A stretch of DNA of 62,873 bases, the filler included, from Craspedostauros australis (Eukaryota), in assembly GCA_030167865.1 (NCBI GenBank). It is 7 parts of 7 records of this genome, joined end to end, with 100 filler letters (N's around TTAATTAATTAA, not from the genome) between each part and the next. Parts side by side here need not be neighbours in the genome. Positions count along the whole stretch, not along the records: positions 53,647 to 62,873 come from JALAGF010004463.1; 6 more parts are not named here. One strand, given 5' to 3'. Below, in pieces: positions 59,145 through 62,873 of this stretch. The notes beneath the pieces are model-generated. The model searched no databases and was not told the origin of the DNA. It saw only the letters and a program-made list of their open reading frames with translations. Position 1 is the stretch's first letter; each line of letters opens with the position of its first letter. The position numbers and the translations under genes were made by a program.

Positions 59145-60043
59145 ATCCCTGGAACACTCCTGCAACGACTGAAACCAATTTTGCGCTGTCAACCAAGCAA
59201 CCAATCAATCAATCAATCAATCATGTCCCAACCATAAACGGGATCTCTCCAGAGAGACATACCTATTACAATAGAACACAGTTTTGCAACATCCACCAAC
59301 GCATCATTCCACGCAGAGCGAGCATCCACAGACTGCGCCTGTTTCCAACACAGTGCTATACGCACGCGCACCAGAGCGTTCTCAAGAGACAAGCGCAGCC
59401 CAGAACACGTCCCCTCCTGTCCTGAGACTGCGCGTACAGGTGTCATTCGTCTGGCGCCGTTATCGATAAACCCCTGCTGTCCAACACACATGCTCCGCCT
59501 GTTCGTACTGCCCGTGCATTGGCCATCACACGGCGCTGCTCTACGACCCACAACCATCGGAAGTCTCACTCCCGCATTCGCAACTCTACTGAACCAGTGG
59601 GATGCGATTGTATGGTATTATACGACTCCTATAACCACGTACGACCAAGTCCTGCCGGAACGAGCATGATCGTGGTTGCAGCCCTTGTCTTGGTTCTTCG
59701 TCGCGCCCCTTCGAACAAGTCCACTTCCGCATGCCCCTGCTTTCTTTTCTGTTGCTCTCTGGGCACACCAACATGAGCCACAATCCCGTCATGGGTCTTC
59801 TCGTCGTGATGTAATCCTTCTCCACCATTCCGATGCAGTTCCCCGCAGATGCTGACATGCTTCTCATCCTGACCATTTGTGCTCTGGATTTATTGTGAGG
59901 TCATCCCTCCTGTCGCGGTATCGAAGGGTCAATTGCGGGCTTCTCAACGCGCTTCGGTGCGACCTTCGATTGCTCGTCATGTGCCAGCGTTTCCCATGGG
60001 CCTGGTGTCAATCTTCTACCCACAATGCAAATGCCATGGTATA

Positions 60044-60185
60044 CTCACCACAAATTCAAGATCCTCACCATCACATGATACGGGGAAATGAAGTCCATGT
60101 TGCAAAAGTTTAGATTTGATAATAGGAATATGAACTGTATGTTTACTCTATAATGTGATGGTAAGGATTCTCAATATGTGGTCAG
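60044..60185. repeat. Imperfect inverted repeat (about 60-bp arms); MITE-like foldback
   Basis: CTCACCACAAATTCAAGATCCTCACCATCACATGATA pairs imperfectly with TATAATGTGATGGTAAGGATTCTCAATATGTGGTCAG. Confidence 0.6.
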
Positions 60186-60476
60186 GTTTTCATGCACCGA
60201 GAAACAGTTGACATGCTTGGCTATGGGCTGCAGGCCGACTCACTCGGCTGAGATCATTAGTACATGATGTCAGCATTGAGTATGACAGCGCAGCCCTGCG
60301 CGATCGCACTCGTACAGCAAGTCTTCTTGTCTGGAAGTCGATTCCGCCAACCACCCACCCACCCACTCACACGCACCCGCCATTCTGCCATCGTCTTTTC
60401 GTGTCTGATCCCCATTTCCCCCTGTGTGCACCCTTCGTACAATGCGTTCGACGTCTGGAAAGCACACCAACACCAT

Positions 60477-61112
60477 CTACTCGCGATGCTGTCCTCGAAT
60501 TCGTCTGGCGAGCTGCATGTCCTTCGGCATGATCGTCACTCGTTTCGCATGGATGGCACACAAATTGCAATCTTCAAATAACCCAACGAGGTAGGCCTCC
60601 GCGGCTTCTTGCAACGCCAATATCGCCGTGCCTTGCCAGGCGTACCGACGCCGCGTCAGCTCCTGCTGGATTTCACGCACGAGCCTTGCGAATGGCAGCC
60701 TGCGCAACAGCAGGTCCGTGCTGTTTTGCAGCCTGCGGATTTGGCGCAGCGCCGCTTCGCCTGTTGTCAGCATACATGCGTCCATCGGTGAGTATCAGTA
60801 TATTGATATGTGGCAACATGGCGTATTGCAAGTGTGCGTTTGTGCGTTGATGAGTTGAAAGGAAGGCAAGAAAGAACATGCATGTTTGTTCATTGTGACG
60901 TCAGACACTGCGCGAGTGAGCAATGATGCGCCAATGGTGAAGCGAACGGCTGCAAGATGGTCTCACAATGCATCCATCCATCCATCCCGTCCTCGTACGC
61001 CCAAAAGGAAAACAAGAAAGCAAACGTACGTACCAGGTCGTGCTCTTCTTCGTCCTGCTGCAGGCCGTCCCCTTGCGACGCTGCGTCTTGGTGGACCTCT
61101 CGCTCTCACCAT
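60477..61112 (-). CDS. CENH3: Centromeric histone H3 variant; exons 61112-61034 and 60760-60477 (120 aa)
   Basis: H3 fold with LPFAR (not LPFQR), AWQ (not RFQ), DCNL (not DTNL), loop 1 one residue longer and a divergent tail. G|GTACGT donor and GCTGAC..CAG acceptor join [13 protein letters not shown]. Confidence 0.88.
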
Positions 61113-62242
61113 GCTGATTTCACTTTTCTATCCGAATTCAACGGAGGCTTGCAGTGAATAACCTTGTCTCTGCCTCTCCCTTTCTCTCTGGACGTCTGTA
61201 CAGAGGATGCGCCCAGAGTGCTTTGCCTTGTTCTTATCGCGTCGTTGTCGTCGTCGTTGTTGTCGTCGTTTCGAAAAAGATCGAGCGGCGTTGATGTCGT
61301 GTGAATGATGATGTAATGCTGAGGACAAAGAGAGGAGTCTGAAGGAATGGTCCGATGAAGAATCATCCACTGCGAGCACCTTGACGACGACAGTGACGAT
61401 GACAGAACCGTCGATGATGATGGTGATGATGAGTTCTGGCGAGTTCTGGCGAGTTGAAGCACCATCGACAGAACCAGCATCAGCAGTCACAACATCAAGA
61501 CGAAGAACGCTTCATTTCGCCTTTCGACACCATGTTCTTCGCTGTTTTGCCGTTTTGTTGCTGGTGTGACGATCGCTTCATTTTGTGATGCGAATCCAGT
61601 CGTGCACTGATTTTGGCGATCGTGGCCGTTGGAAGGTGTTCGTGTCGCGTTGGGGGAGAATTGTAGTCCAATCAGTCAAGCCGCTTGTGCGCTTTGGCAA
61701 AGAGCATGACACCTCCTTCTTACGAGACGAGGAATGTGACACGAAGTATCCTTGGTTGATAGTATTGGAGCCACGACCGCACGAGCCGGAGACATGGAGC
61801 TACGATCGCATGAATCGGAAACACAAAAGATACGACGACCACACAGCAGCGATCAAGACGCAACAGCAGAGAGAAATGAGAAGGCAAACATCGAAATACG
61901 TGCACGAACGCTGATGGAACAGAACAAAGCGAAACACAACAAAAGTAGCGAGGTATGCCTCATAATNNNNNNNNNNNNNNNNNNNNNNNNNNNNNNNNNN
62001 NNNNNNNNNNNNNNNNNNNNNNNNNNNNNNNNNNNNNNNNNNNNNNNNNNNNNCTCACTGATCGTTCCCGGACGCTTGCTGTTGCCGTTGCCGCCGCCGT
62101 CGCCGTTCGCCGTTTGATTGAGGCATTGAGGCATTTTGGGGCAGTTTGGTTTTGAGGCACTTCTTCGCGCGGAGGATTCGACTGTTGGGGGGGATACCTG
62201 GCGCTATCTCGAACTGAGACTGCTACGCACTGCGCTTGCATC

Positions 62243-62873
62243 ATGATGGCTCGCTCTGTTGAGGGGATTGTCACCACATCCGGTTTCCGGATGCCCCGCG
62301 AGCCGCCTGACAAGACAAAGCAAACCGTCGAATTCCTCCGCACCGTCCTCGGGTTTTCCGAACCCTTCATCTACCTCGCCCCGATGTTTGAGACCAAGCA
62401 AGCACGCGATGGCCTGGATATCAAACGCGTCCTCCGGAGGGTGGGATTCCTCTCACGTCTACAGACTGGATCTATATTGATCCACCTGCGATGCCCCGCC
62501 ACAACCTGCTCGCTTATCCCAGACTTGATTGCGCTCCATCGCTTTCGCGCGTACATCGAGAAGGATTTGGAGACCATCGCTCCAAATCAAGTTCTTGAAC
62601 CAGATCCTGACGACATAACCAAGGATGCATATGCAGCTTTTTGTGACACAGTGCTGTCCCCAATACAGGACATCACCAAGGCAGTCATCTCACACGACAA
62701 GCACGCACAGAAGAACTCTGCGACATGGTTCGGTATCCCTGAACTCACTCCGACCGCATGGCTCAAGTGCATGAAAGGGGGTTATGACAGTAACTTCCCG
62801 CCAGAAATATATGGCGACTTGGCCACTTTGCCATCACCTCCAGCCATCAACATCATGACACCATGTACTTCCG
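62243..62873 (+). mobile_element. ORF open to the window end, resembling the N-terminus of a diatom copia Gag
   Basis: 210 codons without a stop (absent from the ORF track): FLRTVLGF...LIALHRFRAYI...DITKDAYAAF. The resemblance is by eye only. Confidence 0.4.

Overview
Eukaryotic nuclear DNA, most likely a diatom: short GT-AG introns, an SDA-F-VP plastid-targeting presequence, diatom-type HSF and WYS/RGLE family genes, and CoDi-like copia fragments. The window is not one contiguous read. Six artificial 100-nt linkers (44 N + TTAATTAATTAA + 44 N) split it into seven pieces, so adjacency across them is unproven. The first 18 kb is ordinary gene-dense sequence: HSF, a giant disordered TPR protein, RPE, a bacterial-type cytochrome b561 and a plastid 2OG-Fe(II) oxygenase. 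From 18 to 57 kb the region is accessory-like. It holds a duplicated ankyrin-coiled coil-BTB locus whose near-identical 102-bp repeats vary mainly at binding-surface codons and whose BTB tail was independently cut off in both copies. It also holds copia and mariner fragments, several pseudogenes, a second head-to-head ankyrin pair, and a FAAL-like adenylation + carrier + Pls-type membrane synthetase. A compact centromeric histone H3 (CENH3) lies near the end. The best candidates for undescribed biology are the FAAL-T-Pls-like enzyme and the hypervariable ankyrin arrays. All family assignments are by eye from motifs; no searches were run.
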